Assembly: GCF_000150275.1 (NCBI RefSeq)
Contig: NW_002060949.1
Coordinates: 4,765,915-4,829,914, forward strand
Reading direction: 5' to 3'
Source of the DNA: Trichoplax adhaerens
Taxonomy: Eukaryota > Animalia > Placozoa
Length of the DNA stretch: 64,000 nt
The notes under the pieces were generated by a model. That model searched no databases. It saw only the letters and a program-made list of their open reading frames with translations, and was not told where the DNA came from. A program made the translations under genes and the position numbers. Positions 1-16,300 of this stretch are shown here, piece after piece; positions within the stretch are counted from its first letter, which is position 1; the number at the start of each line of letters is the position of its first letter.

Positions 1-120
1 TAAATAGGAATTACCGTATAATCTCAATATTATTATTATAAGCTGCATATCCTATCAACAGTAGGGATACAATAACCAATACGGTAGATATTATTGAAGT
101 GGATATGCAATATGGTGGGA

Positions 121-1353
121 TTAGTTATTTCCTGTAGAGAAATTATTACCGGTCATAAAATTACTATTTAAATTACTACCACCGATACCAAATGCGGAAG
201 TTGCTGAATTCATGCTGCCTGGAGCAGAATTGAAACCAGCGCCAGCATTAAAGCCAGTTATTCCCAAATGATCAGACATTTGGCCAGATGATGTTGGATT
301 CATGAAATTTTGTGATGAAAACATTGGATAATAAGGTGCGTTAACAGCGGCTACTGCTGCCTCACTTGTTACCACTGATGATTGATCCATATAACCTGAT
401 GATTTAGACATAGCAAATTGTGAAGGCCCCCCTAATGGTGGTTGCATGCCTTGTGCTGAATGATTGATATTATAATGGCCGGCTGTTGTCCCTTGTGGTG
501 TATGATATGGTAAGTGAATTGCTTCGCCATCATGATTAGGTATAATATTACGGATAGCAAATGGATGATTAAATCCATGAGCTGGTTTATAAGGATGCAT
601 TGAAGTTGGGCCACCACCTGCGGCTGGATTTTGCGATGGATAAGTTGGGTATTGTGGTTGTGGTTGCGGTAGGATAGCATTATGTTGAGAACGTGGCATA
701 CTTAATCCTATGTTCACATTGGGTGGTTTATGCTGTTGTGAGTTGGGTACTTGTTGTTGCTGGCCTAAACTATTTTTCAAGATATCATTGGAAACTAAAG
801 GTCCACCACTTTTATTCTTATCAATTTTAAATCTTTTTTGACGTCTTAAATAGCAACCATTTTCGAACATATTACCCGAATCAGGATGGAGTGTCCAGTA
901 ATTACCTTTACCTGGTTTATCCGGTGAACGTGGCACTTTAACAAAGCAATCATTAAAGGATAAGCTATGGCGAATTGAATTTTGCCAACGTTGTTGATTT
1001 TGTCGATAAAAAGGGAATAAATCCATAATAAATTGATAGATATCACTTAATGTCATCATTTTATTAGGGGATTGTTGGATTGCCATGGTGATTAATGATA
1101 TATAGGAATAAGGGGGTTTAGCATATTGATTGCTATTACCACTTGCGTTACGTCGTGAAGTTTTATCTTTATTGCCAGTTTTATTACCACTACCTTTGCC
1201 CATCATGGTACCATTGCCGTTAGCATTTGGATCACCCATCACGACACCAGCGGGAGCATTTGGATTACCTCCGTGTTCGACGCCAGATACAACTGATTTA
1301 CTATTAGTATTTGCATTTCCTCCAGCTGTTGCGTTCATTTTCTCATCGATCAT
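121..1353 (-). CDS. FoxA: Forkhead box A (HNF3/forkhead) transcription factor, 410 aa, single coding exon
   Basis: Forkhead domain [16 protein letters not shown]...[54 protein letters not shown] carries FoxA-diagnostic residues. C-terminal [11 protein letters not shown] matches FoxA region II (eh1-like). An in-frame TAA 48 nt upstream of ATG 1353 supports the start. Confidence 0.97.
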   Translation of the reverse strand: MIDEKMNATAGGNANTNSKSVVSGVEHGGNPNAPAGVVMGDPNANGNGTMMGKGSGNKTGNKDKTSRRNASGNSNQYAKPPYSYISLITMAIQQSPNKMMTLSDIYQFIMDLFPFYRQNQQRWQNSIRHSLSFNDCFVKVPRSPDKPGKGNYWTLHPDSGNMFENGCYLRRQKRFKIDKNKSGGPLVSNDILKNSLGQQQQVPNSQQHKPPNVNIGLSMPRSQHNAILPQPQPQYPTYPSQNPAAGGGPTSMHPYKPAHGFNHPFAIRNIIPNHDGEAIHLPYHTPQGTTAGHYNINHSAQGMQPPLGGPSQFAMSKSSGYMDQSSVVTSEAAVAAVNAPYYPMFSSQNFMNPTSSGQMSDHLGITGFNAGAGFNSAPGSMNSATSAFGIGGSNLNSNFMTGNNFSTGNN

Positions 1354-4300
1354 ATTTAGAAATTCCGTTTTGAAATAGTTTGGAGCGTTGCCTTTGGATT
1401 ACTTTATACTAGGTGTACTTTTTCTTCTTGTAATCAAATTCTTGTATTCGATTATCAATGTTACTAGACTATTGATTAGCTATTATGTGCTCTATAGCTA
1501 ATATTGAAATGATCACTTACTGTTGAGAGAAAAAAAAAGTTGTTAAATTATTTGTTAATCCTTTTCATTTCAACACAACTTGATGTGATCTTTATGTAAG
1601 CAATAATACTAACAGTTGCAGACTAATCGAAATCTAATATGATTGTTATTTACCTCCTTTTCTATTGATGCTTTGACTACTATATTTTTTTATCTTTTGA
1701 TATCTGCAAATAAGTTGATTTCTTTTTTTCTACTTTGGTTTGGTCTCGCTGAATCAACTCTCTCTTTTTAAAATAAAAATTTTTTTCCTTCCTTAAAGCG
1801 GATATGGTAAACCTTTAGTGTAGAGATAAGGATATTATTTATGAATTTAAAATAGTGGACGCTTATTAGGTTATTTTATCGAGAGAGAGAAAAAAGAAAT
1901 TAAAGTGGAAGTTTAACACTTTTAAAGAATGCCTCACTGTCATAAATAGCGCTTACTACTATGCTACTAATAATATACAGTAAAATAAATCATTTCCTCC
2001 CTTGAACAGTAACTATTTACTTCTTGGATGTAATTTAGTCGGCCTAATAAAATGTATGAGAAAATAAAGTCTTTACTGTTATACTAATACAGAATAAAAA
2101 CTTCATTGTGAAAAATTGGAGTAAAAGAAAGAACAAGATCAACAAAAATAATATTAGTTTAGATCCGGTGATGTCCATTTATCTCAATTGATTATTTCTT
2201 CTTTATCTATTGCTTTGATAACACTTTTCTCTGCCATATTATGTTATTTATCCATCTACTATCATTTACTCTAGTTATTTATCTACTAATATTTTTTTTT
2301 ATCTACATTAATGTATAGAGCAGTTTCTTCATTACTGTTATATATCAGACCATAGAACAGGTTAAGATGGCTCAATGGCATGCTATCGCATTATGAATAT
2401 CAAAATCAATGATAAGTTAATCCTAATATGGGAGATTGATATATTACAACATAATAATGGTGTCGATATTGAGGCAGTCTAAGATGACTTAAAAAATTAG
2501 AATCAATATTTTTATATCGATCTCCTTTTTTCGTTTTACTGTTACAAAGAATAATTGTCAAACATATTCTCTCGATCATTATTTTTAGTTATCATATGGT
2601 CAACTGTATGAAAAATTTCAAGCTATTTTCCGGGGAAAATACAAAAAAAATGACGGGGAAAAAAATCAGTTGAAAAATTAAACAGAAATGATGATCGATC
2701 GAGTTAAGGGTGCAAAGGTAGTCCTTCCAAAATTGAAAATAAAATAAAAAAAGATGATTAAATTGTTATGTATAATAGATAGATAAGTCCAATATTTTTT
2801 TAATAGGTTTATTTTAGCTTTAATTTATGATTACTTGACCAATATGCTTACTTATTTAATATGATTGCTTGTCTAATGCAATTGATATCATTTTAATTAT
2901 CGTTTCTATGTATGTATTTTTTTAAATAGGTTGCAAGTGATATGAATAATCAAAGTCGAGTAAGATATAAAATCAATATTATAACAAAATAGATGAGTTA
3001 AAGTTTGTTATAAATTGAGCAAAAGTTTGCCTATCTCTAATAGCTTGTGTGTACAATTCAAGGGTAAAGCACACATCGTTAAAATAGGGATAAAAAAACA
3101 AGTCGCATTTTTCATGTCCAAATATTTCTTTTTAACACGACGTGGTTACATTTATCAAGAGAAAGGAGGCGGTAAATCAAACTCTATTCTTTCAAATTGG
3201 AGAGTTTGGGCAAGACTACTACAACTAGTGTGCTATTACAACGTGTGTATCCTATGTTGTCGATGGATAGAAAGTTATACTAAGGAGGGATATGATGAAG
3301 GGTAGACTAATTTTAATTTCTATTCTTTTTTTTTTCGATTTTTTTTACCTTATCTTGTTCTTTAGGCTAGTGAATAAAATTGCAGATGTAATATGCATGA
3401 TTGAAAAACAAAAGACACCAATTAATGATGATACTAAGGAAAGTAGGGATAGATAGGTCTCTGCTCGGTCAATATTTCAATAGGAAAGAAGTGTGTGTAA
3501 GAGAGAGAAAAATTGATTCAACTGATCCACTATTTCACCTGGGCATCACTTAGGGGCAGATGTTGGCGATAAATTGATGAAGGATTTTTATCTGGTCAAA
3601 ATCATCATGATGACTATGTCGATGGAAGGATAATGATGATAATTGGATAGGACTTAGCTTATCGATCATGATCAAGTGATAAGACAAGATAAACTTTCTT
3701 CCTATTTAGAAACACTTTCTTTATCAACATCGATACGGTTATGTACTTATCAACACAGAATAATTCTAACACGTTGTCTATACCTCTCTGTCTACAATAA
3801 CTCACTCTCTCTCTCTCTATGTATAAATAATATCTATTTTACTCTCTCTATCTCTATATACACAACAAGATAACAACAACATTGATTCTACAATTTCCAA
3901 AACTCACTAAATAGCGTGAATATCAACATGCAAATGATGGTCCTCTAGCTGTGTCGATCGATGTATATTTTTGGGGGAGATTAATTTATTTCTTTCCCCT
4001 TATCGTTTTTAATGATCATCAAAGATGATCGTATGCTATAGCCATGGATCGACTGTTGGCAGATGATCAAGTCGATAGCGAGCTAATCGATGACAATCAA
4101 TGACTTACTTGTGAATAGTTTCTTTTTGATTCTGTTTTTTCACACAGCGAGGGAACTATCTGCAATGCAATTTCCTTGACTGTCGTTGTAGACTACAAGT
4201 TATTTCGTTTTGCTAATTGGCCTTTCCTTTCTTGCTAGCTAACTAACGCTGTTGTTGACCTACTAGGTGTAGCAACTGTTCTGCAATGCAACTTGCTGTC

Positions 4301-7300
4301 AGTTTTTATAGTAAATACTTTAATTCGATGCAATCATCAAACTCCGCCTCTTCCATTCTTCTCTATTGAGTAAGCATCAAAGGTTCACACCATTTATCGA
4401 CCAACATCGGGATAGAAAGAAGGGGGGGGGGGGAGATCCTGTAATGGCGGGTCGATTACCGCAACAGAGAGAACAATAAGGATAGAATGATTATTATTGT
4501 AATCAATACAGTACCTACTCCTGTTTCGATTGTCATTATGATAAGTAGAGGGTGGGCAAAAGTAGTACCGGTAGCAAAGAAAGTCAAGATGGAGAGAGCG
4601 ATGAAAAGAATAAGCACCTTTGAGCAGATAACTAATTATTCATCGTCAATCGTTCTATTACAGAATACGATTGGATTCAAAGTTATTGTACTCTCCACCA
4701 GTTGGCAATACTACTCTTCTATGCTAATAGCGGAGGCAGGAAAAAAAGAAAAAAATTTCAGTTTGATGAGCGGGCTATTGTCTTTCTTTATTAAATGGGC
4801 TACCTATCAAAAAACAGCAAGAATCCATATACGCGTCCATGGAGTGGATAATGGCTAAGAAAGAGAGAGACGGGAAAAAAAGTAATCTTCTCATTGATCC
4901 TAAATTGGGTAGGCTATCAAGTCATAATCCTATCTATCCATTTTGAAAAAGCAAAAAAAAAATAAATATCTAAATTGAATAAATTGGATATAAATGATAT
5001 CAAATGAAAACATCTTGATCAAAGATGATACTAGTCATTAAAATAGACGTTTTCCATTCCATCGCATGGCATTGACAAAAAAAATGTTATCAGTATAAAT
5101 TGTTTTCAATTGACATACATCAGGTCTCATTGTATTTTTGCTTTTCTCTTCCGTATTATATGATAAAAGAGAGGAAGTGATGATCAAAGATACAAAATAT
5201 ATATTATAATAAGAAAAGATTGTAATTTGAACAGTTGGTAATGGAACGTAAGTTATTGAAGATCAAATTCAAGCACAACACTAGCAGTTATGCCACGATA
5301 CTGTAGAATACTGTCAAGATTGCAACAACGATCATCATCAATGGAGAGAAAATGGAGACGATAATGATTAGTTTTGTAGATGTGCCAGTTTTTTGAATTG
5401 TTGTCAATTCAATTCTTTTTACTGATGGTACTCCTGCTAACCGCATTTTAACGATCTTATGACTAGCATAGTAGAATTTGTGCTTTCTATTAAATAGGAT
5501 AATGGAATAAAAAAAAATAGCAAGATTGACTGTTAATCATTGATCTATTGAACATGACCACTGTAATGGATATTTTTTTTGTTGTTATTTCTTTCCATCG
5601 ACTATCACACAAAGATCAATGAGCTTGTCGATAAGGATAGATAATCGTTTGGTTCAATTAAATTGTAAATTAGCCTGTGTCATCATACGGTCAATTAAGG
5701 TATCCTATACACTTGCAGTTAGAGCATCGTTTCCAAAAAATGGCAAAGCTGATGCTTCTAAGGATAAACATTGACTTTCTTTTGCTACCTTTTAACACCA
5801 TCATTTGCAAGCCCTAGCTACTCCATCCTATCGTTATTCTACAATCATTAATCAATCAACTCAGAATCAATGGAGAGGTATCATTAGTTGGGATTGACTT
5901 GAATCAATTGCCGTTATCTCAATATGATATCATGAACAGTCATCCATAGGCATTGTTTGACCATGGGGGGGCCCTATTGTTTCAAGCGACCACGCACGTC
6001 ATGGACAAGTTCATACTCTACAGCAACCGTGTTCCACACGTCAACCGTAGAAGACGTACTGTACTCATCCAGGTCAACGTTCATCCTGATCAATAGTATT
6101 CTTTTATTCTCCCGCTCAATTTAATTTCACTGTAATTGAAAAAATTTTTTCCTAGTGAAAAATGTGCAAAAAAATGAGCAGAAAAATAAAAACCAATATT
6201 GTCATTCCAGGATCATTTTTGGGTCGGTTAAAAATGAAGCGAGCACTTGGTGATATATTGGAATAAAGTGGTAGGAAAATAAAGCAATTAAAGCAAGAGT
6301 AATAACTACAACAGTGAATAATGACCTCTTGCTGTTAGAAAAGAAAAAAAAGAATAATTATTGAAATAACTATCATTAATCTATTAGCAGGAATAATAAT
6401 GAGATGATCGATCATTATAATCATCCCTTGTTATGATGTCATTGATCCAGTTTGCTACCACAGACAAAAAAAAAAGAAATGCTATGATGGATGGCATAGC
6501 TACCGTAGCATAAAGCAATACCGATTTATTTGAAAATGATTTGGAAAATATAGTCGGCAATTCATTGATTGCTTCCTACTCGTGTCGATGATGATGATTT
6601 ATCTCTCGGTAGAAATGGACAAATGATTAAAAATAAAAAATGATTTGAATGACGTAAAAATAATAAGGGGGGGGGGAAAGAGAGAGAAAAAGGAAAATGG
6701 AAATGTTGCTGAATAAGGATAATAGTCATGATAATAAATCAATCACAGATGGCTACTGCTGGATGATTGATTATCATCTTTGAAAGTTGTATCTTAATGA
6801 GGCGCCATACTATGAATGCTATAGTGAAAAGGCAATCAATAATGGTGTCTGTACGTTTAGAGTCAAGCCAATGCTGGTTGCTACAGTTGAACCGAAGACA
6901 AAGTCAATTCACTTTATCCACTAGTACAATTAAAAATTTAAAAAATTGAGACTGCTAATATAATAGGCTAACGTTGTCGCTAACGATATCAAAATGATTT
7001 CAGGAAGTGAATCAATATGACTATCCAATGTATTTATCAGCATCCATTTAGACTTTTAGACTAGACCATTTGACCATTGTTGTTATAAGCTCATTTTTGA
7101 CAGAGATCAATTCAGTTTTGTCAAGTTGTATGCGCTATCAATGAATAATGGTACCAATAGTTCGATCACGTATTTGGGTTACTATCGATTTTTCCCTTTT
7201 AATTCATCATTAATCGTAAGATAACTTTCCCTACGTCTATGTTACTCAATCTATCTATCAATCTATTCATTTTTACTTTACTTTATCGACAATCATTGAT

Positions 7301-10300
7301 GATAGTTGATTTTCAGGAGAAAAAAAAATCATGTAGATGCAATGACTAAGAGTTGATCAACAGTCAGCAGTATTTCTCTGCCTCTATTTTCACCATTCAA
7401 ATTGTTGTTGTATTATCTATAGCATTGTTTTCACATCGCTCTTGAATGTTGTATCAATATTGTAAAGCTTGACAGGTAATGTATAATAGGATTCAATACT
7501 ATATGTTGGTAAACTCTTGATATACAAAATGTCCACAGTAGATTATCCTCTAATCAGTCAATTCTACTAATATCAGTTGACATGTGCATTTGATTGCAAG
7601 CTTATCTATTTTATCCTATTTGTTGTTGTTATTCTATTCCAACTCATCTCTATGTACATTGTGTCAAGATGTAGACAGTAGTGATCAGTCGATGACAATA
7701 GTAGCTCATTTAACTATCGGCTCTGTTACATCATCTATTAAATATCTATTTTAGACATATTTTATCCTCATTTTAAATTGTATTGATCATACTTGAAAAG
7801 TGAAGTTGGATAGAATAGTGATAGAAAGTGTATTGAAAAGATTAGAAAGCAAAATGCAAGAGATAGAAATTTAAAAAATTTTTTTTTAATTAGATAGAAT
7901 GATTGATTTCATTCAATTTATTTTTACATTATTTGATTCATCTAGGATTGGATAAAAAGAAGCATGCACACAGTTCTACATACTCAACACATACAGTATA
8001 CAAAAAGTAATAGTATATAAACATTTAGGATAAATAAAACATCATTTGATCCAGATAGATGAGTAAGAATTTCAAAGAATTAAAAAAATTCACCTTGATT
8101 CTATTATGAATGCATTCTTTACTGGCTAATTTATCTATTGTGCTATTCTTTTCTCCATCCGTTATTTATCTCTGTTTCAACTCTAATTTTCCAGTAAGCA
8201 AACTTGACTACTGTCTTGGTTGATCAAATATAGATATTAGCCAGTGGACGTTATTGGTAGGCAATGCTGTAGACAGATACAATTTGACAAATTAAATTTT
8301 AGTCATATTGAAATCCTCGTAGCTCCTATCACTCGACTTCATGTCATCGCTCCATTTTTCTCTTGCATATCAACGCATTGGGATACAAGACGATACTGAT
8401 AGCAAATTATAATTAATTATCGATATTTTTTTTTCCCCTAGTTGTTGGATTCATTATTAATATTTTTGTTTTCTCAGGTTATTATTTTTCTCTCTTTAAT
8501 TTTTATTTATTCTCTTTTTCCACGAACTCATTATTCTTTCATAGACTTTAGTCGAAAGTCATTCTATAAATCTCCCCTAATTTCTTTGTCTTCGTTTTCT
8601 TTAGCTTTTTTACTATTATGATTATTATTATCATCATCATCATCATCATCATAATCATCATCACTATTAATTTCTTTTTAATATAGCATAATACCTGGTC
8701 TAATTTTATATTCGACAGGGGTTATCTAGTATTGATAGGGACCTGTTTTGTTGTTTTTTTGTTTTCTTCTGTGGGCTGGACCAGCAATTAACACGGTAAA
8801 CAGTCCTCCAATAGCTATTGAATGGATATATTCTCTGGCATCTATGCCAAATGTTCACGTAAATATATTCTTATGTATTTTTATTCCAATTTAATCATTT
8901 AATCATCACGTCAACGATTTTGATACAACTAGAACGCGCATATTTTATTTTGAATATAACTCTATTTCATTCTTTTGATGGCAAATCATAATCAATGATG
9001 GTATAGGATGTTAATGGAATAACTTGTACACGAGTTGGTGTACTTCCGAAATGACATGTGTCCAAGAATAGGTTATTGCTATAAAATTAATGACGGAAAG
9101 ATGGCCAATTGTCTATTATAACAAAACTTCCATATCCATTATTTCTCATATCGTGCCTAATCTCTCACAAACGCGTCTTATTAGACCGTCTTTTAGGATT
9201 GATTAATCGATAAATAATTTGGCTTACTGTACCTATTTTGAATTCAAAGAATTTATTCCATTGCTAACCCATCGTTCTATTTTCATAAGTGATCATTTCA
9301 TAATTACAAATTTTAGTCATCTATACAATTTGCAAATCATTTGCATATGACTAACATTGATCTTTTCAAATCAAACAGAATTCCCTGTAAGGATATTAAT
9401 TTAATATCTATGCCAATACAGCGGATTATCCATCAGTATGACAATTTGTTTTAATTATAAAAGAAATATTTCAAAGTAATTTCTTACCTTGAATTGATTA
9501 CATTAGTACTTATATTATCATACTTGATTGTTTAATGTAGTAGTAATAATATTGAACAGTTAATCTCAACTGAAGATAATACTAAACTGCAAATCATAGA
9601 ATAAGATTGAGATACGTCAATTAAGGAATGATTATAACAGATTGTATTCTATTACCGAATATATGCAGTAGTATTGCAATAGTTTCGGAATAGTACAAAG
9701 TGGATCTTTTAAAAATTATTTAATAGCATTTGATCATGTCACCAATTGTCATTAATTTTTTCTTGATAACTTACAGAGAATTTTCAATGAAAAAATATAA
9801 TTTATGCCTAACTGATGTGTGAGTTCTCATAAGGTTTTAGCTAAAATATTTTTGAAATTGAAAATTTAGTTGATAAAAAATAGCTATCAGCAAAAATTGG
9901 CTACTCAATCTTTTTCTACCCGACATTATTAAAGTATATTTTAATCCACCGTTATGATTATTCGTAGTCACTATCAACTAGCTACTCATTATTATCCTTA
10001 TTCAATTGATAGAAAACTTCTAATGTATTAGATTAGATACCCAAAAGATGCTATTAAAGTAGATAATAAGCGATTGTATTGTAAGATAAAAATTAAACAC
10101 GTATTGTGATTGAAACTATTGATATTTCTATTAGCATATCAATCATTTCTTTTAATCGGCTGTTAAGACAGAAAGATTGCCAACAATAACCCAGCTTGCA
10201 CTTGCTAAAATGATATCATTCATTAATTGACGTCTTTCAAAACATGGCATTAATTAAAGCGTTAAAAATAAAATAAAACACTATAGTTAGCAATTGAATC

Positions 10301-13300
10301 AGATGATTTTATCAATCTGTGATGGAGAAACTTGACCTTATTGATTTTGAATCCAAATTTAAATTTATGTTATTTGGACTTGATAGATGATTCGATAATA
10401 TACGTATTTTTCAAAGTTGATTATTAATTAATTTTATCCTCTTAAACGGTATATTTTTTATTGATTGATTGCTATCACCTCTATATTATATTTGACCATT
10501 ATATCGATGTATTTAGTAGACATAGTAAGCGACAATACTAACATTATCTGCTCTATGACAAGCATTTAAACTAGATACAACTTATCAGTCGATAAATTTT
10601 GATAGTACTCTATGTCAATAGGCTCAATGTATAAAAAAATATTGATCATCTTTGCATTTACACTTATTCGGTTTAAGTAGACATATCTAAGTCGATGATG
10701 TATGCCTACATACTATGTATCATTTATTTTGAAAAATAATATTTAAAATTGACAACTTTGAACACCGCCAGTCTATATACATTAAGCACTAATTTCGATC
10801 TACCAACTTGTCCTGTTATGTGATATTGTTGGATCAGCATCAGTCTAGCAACGTAAAATCAACATAGTAATGATGAAAGTTGGAGCGACAAATAGGATAA
10901 TTATATAATTAATCACAATGTTGTACTTATTAAATGAATCATCATTAGATAATTAGCCCTTTTAAAATTGAAATACAGAGTCTGTTAGTAAAATAAATGT
11001 AAATTGACGATGGAAAAAAATTAATTTTTTTCTCTTACATTGTGTGTTTAAAAACATATTGAGCCAGTGTACAGCATCCATTACTTAACTAATAGGTTAT
11101 CGACAAGATATCAATTTAATCATCAAGGCGTGGCTAAAAGAACGACAGAAACATCTGTACTGGCTGACAGTAGAAAGACGTAGAATTGATATGGTTAATG
11201 TATTCCACACTATGCTATTATTTGTTGTTGTCTTTTTCATTTTGAAATCATCCATGATCGTCATATTGAATGTTGGGTATTTTTACTTTCGACTATGTCA
11301 ATCAAATTGAACCGTTCAGCACCTGTGAGGTCTTTGTTTGAGCAAAGTATTGATCTTAAATTCGTCCATATTTGTTTTCCTTGCTATATACAACAGAATA
11401 TATAATTATTATTGAACGTAGATCAAATCTCATTAATTAATCGTTACAGAAAATAAATATCAAGATTACTATATATATACAGTATATGAGTGTGTTATAC
11501 GCAAATTTATATTCAATAAACTAAACTCAATCGTATGCATGTTGTGCTAATTTAGGCACATTATACACTATCTACAGCATAAGCAAATACCGTGCCGGTA
11601 GCTCATCACAAACATGATATTGAATAAACTGTTCGATTAGAATCAAAATATAAAATGGGATGATAGTTTTATAATAGAATAATCAAAAACTGATTGCATT
11701 CTATCATATTTTCGTATCTATTCTTAATAATATCATAACCAATTATAAATATGACAATCATATGCGGATATGAAGTACTAATCAATCTAATATTATTCAA
11801 CACTGCTGTTTCGGACAGGATTTTAATCAGTTGGTAACGATAAAAGAGATTATTAGCAAGAGAATGATAATTTAAGTTATCTATAGTAATGGAAATTCGG
11901 TATAATATTCCTTAACCAGAATTATCTTAGCTTTTCAACTTGTAAGTATTCTCATTAGAAAGGAAGAATGGTACCAATTACATAAGATTAAATGTAGAAA
12001 ATGGTACTTTGTTTTAAGTAAAGAAATAAATTTAAGTTTAGATGTTACATTTGATATCTTAATCAATAGCTGTGAGTCAAGCTTTTAAATAATTATGATC
12101 TAGTAAATAGACACTTTCACATTCACACCAGAAAGAAACATATAGCGTAAATAAAAGTATAAACAAGGAACAGATAGAATATAAACAGTAAACTTGAAAT
12201 TCAGATATGATGTTTAATAGTATAATACAAAAGAATACAGATAGTCTGTATGAACTGGTGTTTCAGTATCAATACAGGCTTAGAGTTGTAAATATCATAT
12301 TAAGATAGACATATGAGTTCAAAATAAAATCTATAATGGAAGAATTTTTCTAGCCATGACAGCTTGCGACACTTTTAAATTATCTATGATTAAAATTGTT
12401 ATTTTTCAAAATCGGTATCGCTGATCTATCTTTGATTTATTATAATTACTTAAAAATAAAAACTAATAGTAGGATAACAGTTTAAATACTGTAGTTATCA
12501 TTAAGAAATAAAAAGCTAAGAACAAAAGGGCTAAATTAACGAAAGAAACAAAGTACTATCTTTTCTCTATAAATAAAATTTATATAGTTAGGATGAGTAT
12601 AGAAATCATTATTGACGTTTATTCTTCGAGACCATTCGTATTATGTATATAATTATGGTCATATGCTAGGATAGAACAATATAAAATGTGAAGTACCTAA
12701 CCAACAATGGATTGTTATTGATTAAAAATGAACAAATAACACCCGCTGTAAAACAACAGTTGAGTTTTAAATTTAATTGATCACTCAAACTGTTTATTGT
12801 CTATATTTTCATTCCATGTTGTACATCGAGGCTAATTATGCTAATACCCTAGATATCATTATTCTACTTAAAGAGATATACAAAAAAACGTGTCTTAATG
12901 CATTCTAAATCATAACAAATTCGTACATTGTATGACAGTAATATTAATTCCGAATGTAGAGGTTATCTTTTGGTTTAAGTATCATAAAATATTAGTGGAA
13001 GATGAAAATAAGATCCAATAATTAATATAAAATTTTAAATCAAGATATGATAATATTATACAGTACAAAGATCAGAGATTATGTCTGATTAAAAATATTA
13101 CTCTTAAAGTCAGGAAAAATAAAAGTTTTCACCGTTAGACTAGTTCCTGATGATTCTTGCAGTATCTAATCTAGAAATTTATTGCTAATTGTAGAAGGTA
13201 TCGGTATATTAATTGAAAATAAAAATAGAAGATTCTTCAGATTTTCTTTCTTTAATATGTTGGTTTTGTCAACTTAGTAGTTTCAATCACTTCAGTCTTC

Positions 13301-16300
13301 ATTGCTCTCGTGTTACTAAAGTTTTTAATAATATGAAGGAATTAAAAACTAATTTTTATCGATGAAAATTCTGTATGAAAGATTAATGAACTGCGAATCG
13401 ATTCGCAGTGCATTTATTTAATCAAATATAAATTATACTGCTTCAAAATTATTAAAATAGTAAATATATTTAAGACAACCTTTAAATACTGTACTTTATA
13501 CTAAATGATTGGATGGTTTGAAGATATATCCATAGGAAATGGATGAGATTGAATAAATAGGATATTTTAAGTTTAAAAATAAAAAATTACTATTGCATTC
13601 AATATTGCTAAATGGTCTTTATTTGATGGCATAGGAATTCATCTAGTTTTCGGTTGAAAAAATTATAGATTTGCCTTAAAGTGCATCTTATTAGCGAGGT
13701 GTTAGAAATCTTTTGGAAAACGAGTTAGTTTAATAAGTATGTATTTACATTTCATTTTATTGTAGATACAGTTCAATCGATGATATTATTAGCAGCAGAA
13801 AACAAGCGAAAGATTATTTATCGATAAATCATAAAGTTCATTCAATATTTATCCATTACGCCTGATCAGTGCTGAGAGGTGATGGTTATGGTACTTATGG
13901 ATCCTAAAGGATAATTTTTGTGAAAATTTTTAAATAAGAGCTACTGTACTGTTTTAAACTAAATTTTAAAATATCTTCCGATATTAGTAAACACTATTAA
14001 CATATCCTATAGATTTTCATTCTTTTCTAAAATACTTGCAATTTTAAAGCCTTAGAAATTTGCAGTAATGGCAAGTAAATGAAAGTGCTAAACTAAGACC
14101 ATATTTAGTACATCCAAGTTAATCTTAATATCTCTCTCTCTATATATATACGTATTATGATTAATTTGAATGAAACCAAAATTAGTTTTTATGTATACTT
14201 GCGGCTCTTATGTCAAAACAATCAATGTATTGTATTAGAATACCTAGGTATGATATGCTCATAGAACTACGTTTTGGCCTGTTCTAACAAGATTTGTTGA
14301 TATACAGCATTTAAAAAAGTAATGCATAAGTGTAATGTTTCAGGAACCTGTATACTTTTATTTTATTTCTTGTAAACGAAATAAGATAAATTTCACACTA
14401 CATTGTGGATAGAGAACTTAAATGTCCTTCGTCAAGAGATACTTAGGCATAGAATCTTGCCTATTCTGCAAGGTGAAAAATATTACCGTTTGAGCATAAG
14501 AGAATGGATTAAATTTAGCCGAGATATTAAATACTACTCTAAATTTTAAAGTATCTGTACTACACGTATAATTTGAATATCGTAAAGGCATCGATTAAAA
14601 GTGTTGTGGATTGATTTCATCTCTGATCAGTGACAATAAAAGATTACATACGAAGCAAAGTACTAATTTTTGCTTTTGGCATTGATTAGAAGTAATATAC
14701 TGCATATGCAATACATATCTGTATCAATATGCAGTCTTGCGGTAGCAAAGTCTATTTATGAAGTTAATAGACTTACATGAGTTTAATGCAATTTTTACTT
14801 CCATTTACTGAAAATTGAAACCCATTTTACTGAAACTAAGTTAATGTACAAATTTCTAGTCTATGCTGAGTATCTAGATATATCAAATGCTATATAATAG
14901 CGGCATATCTTTGAATTGATATTACTAGCATATATTTGTCTATATCGGGTAATGCTAGGAATCTCCTATTAATGTGCAGAAAAGTCAATAAAAACGCTTA
15001 TATTAAGTATTTGTCGAAAGATAATATCTATGTTCAATATTATCATAATAAAGATGATCTAGTAAGGAGTTCTTACCCGAAATTTGAGTATAGCAGGTTA
15101 AGTTTACATTATAAACTAATAAAAAGATTTTCGTGCTAGAAATTAATTTAATATTTAACTACCTAACAGATTCTAAGTTTGAGTACTTGATCTATCCAAG
15201 TTACATTTTATCACGTATAAGACCAGTATATTTTATTTTAAATGATTAGATGAACCAAAAAAATAATTCCTCCTATAGCTTCTATCGTAGTATTCATTTA
15301 TATGAGGACGCACATGGTATTATACGGATATATTTCAATATTATAATATTGCTACTGTGATAAATGTAATATAACAGCAACCCTTTTTAAGATTCCCAAT
15401 TACTTTTCAAGACAAACTTAACGCAAAAGAATACAAAAATGATCTTAAAGAGATGACAAATTCAGGTAAGCTGTGGAAAATTATGATTAGCATACTCTAG
15501 GCATTAAATAAGTCATAAAATTACTATTGTCGTAATAATCTTGTTTGGTTTGTCAAATAGCTATGATTCGATATTGTTCATGTCGTATTTGCAACATGAA
15601 AACGATAAAAACTTATTTCTTGATTATTTTATTAGTTTCTAAACTGTAAATACTGTATATAATTAACGCAAATATGTATTCGATAAACTTATTTCATAAT
15701 TATATGTTACCATTAGATCTATTGGTTACATTAACTAAAGAATTATTTACTGCTATTTAATTATATATATTTATTAAACATAGTAATATGCTGTCCATAT
15801 TAATTACTTTTCACCGAATGTATTAAGGAAGATTCCTTATAAGATTACAAAAAACAGCTATTTTCTTCATTCAAGCAGAGGGACGAAAAATTTTATACTA
15901 GGAGGAATTCAATATTGAACATCAGTAGGATAATTAAATTAAGAAGCGGCAATATCGTGTCTAAAAATTATCTTTTACGATTAAAAAGCACATAATATAT
16001 TTATGATAGGAAGGAACTGATAAATTAGAACGGTTTCTAATAAAACTTTATTGTAACTATGAGATCAAAGACTGAATGTTGAATTTGAATTAATAATTGA
16101 TGAAAATATCATTTTAAAATTATTTAATAGCTAGAATTGCAATTAGACAGATGAAATAGGACTTTAATGATATTGTAACAATTTATTTCCAATTTACCTT
16201 TTAATTGTATAGCATAGATTATAGTAGGTTATTTTCATAAAGTATTATTTAAATTTTTTTCATTTACAGGTGCAAATAAAGCCTTTATGCCTGGAAAATT

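Noticed and set aside
432-1378. ORFs 432-680, 846-1046 and 1130-1378
   Set aside because: Alternative-frame or antisense shadows of the FoxA CDS.
4487-4858. 123-aa + strand ORF containing VKME, reminiscent of the FoxA N-terminus
   Set aside because: Wrong strand relative to FoxA, low-complexity composition, no other homology.
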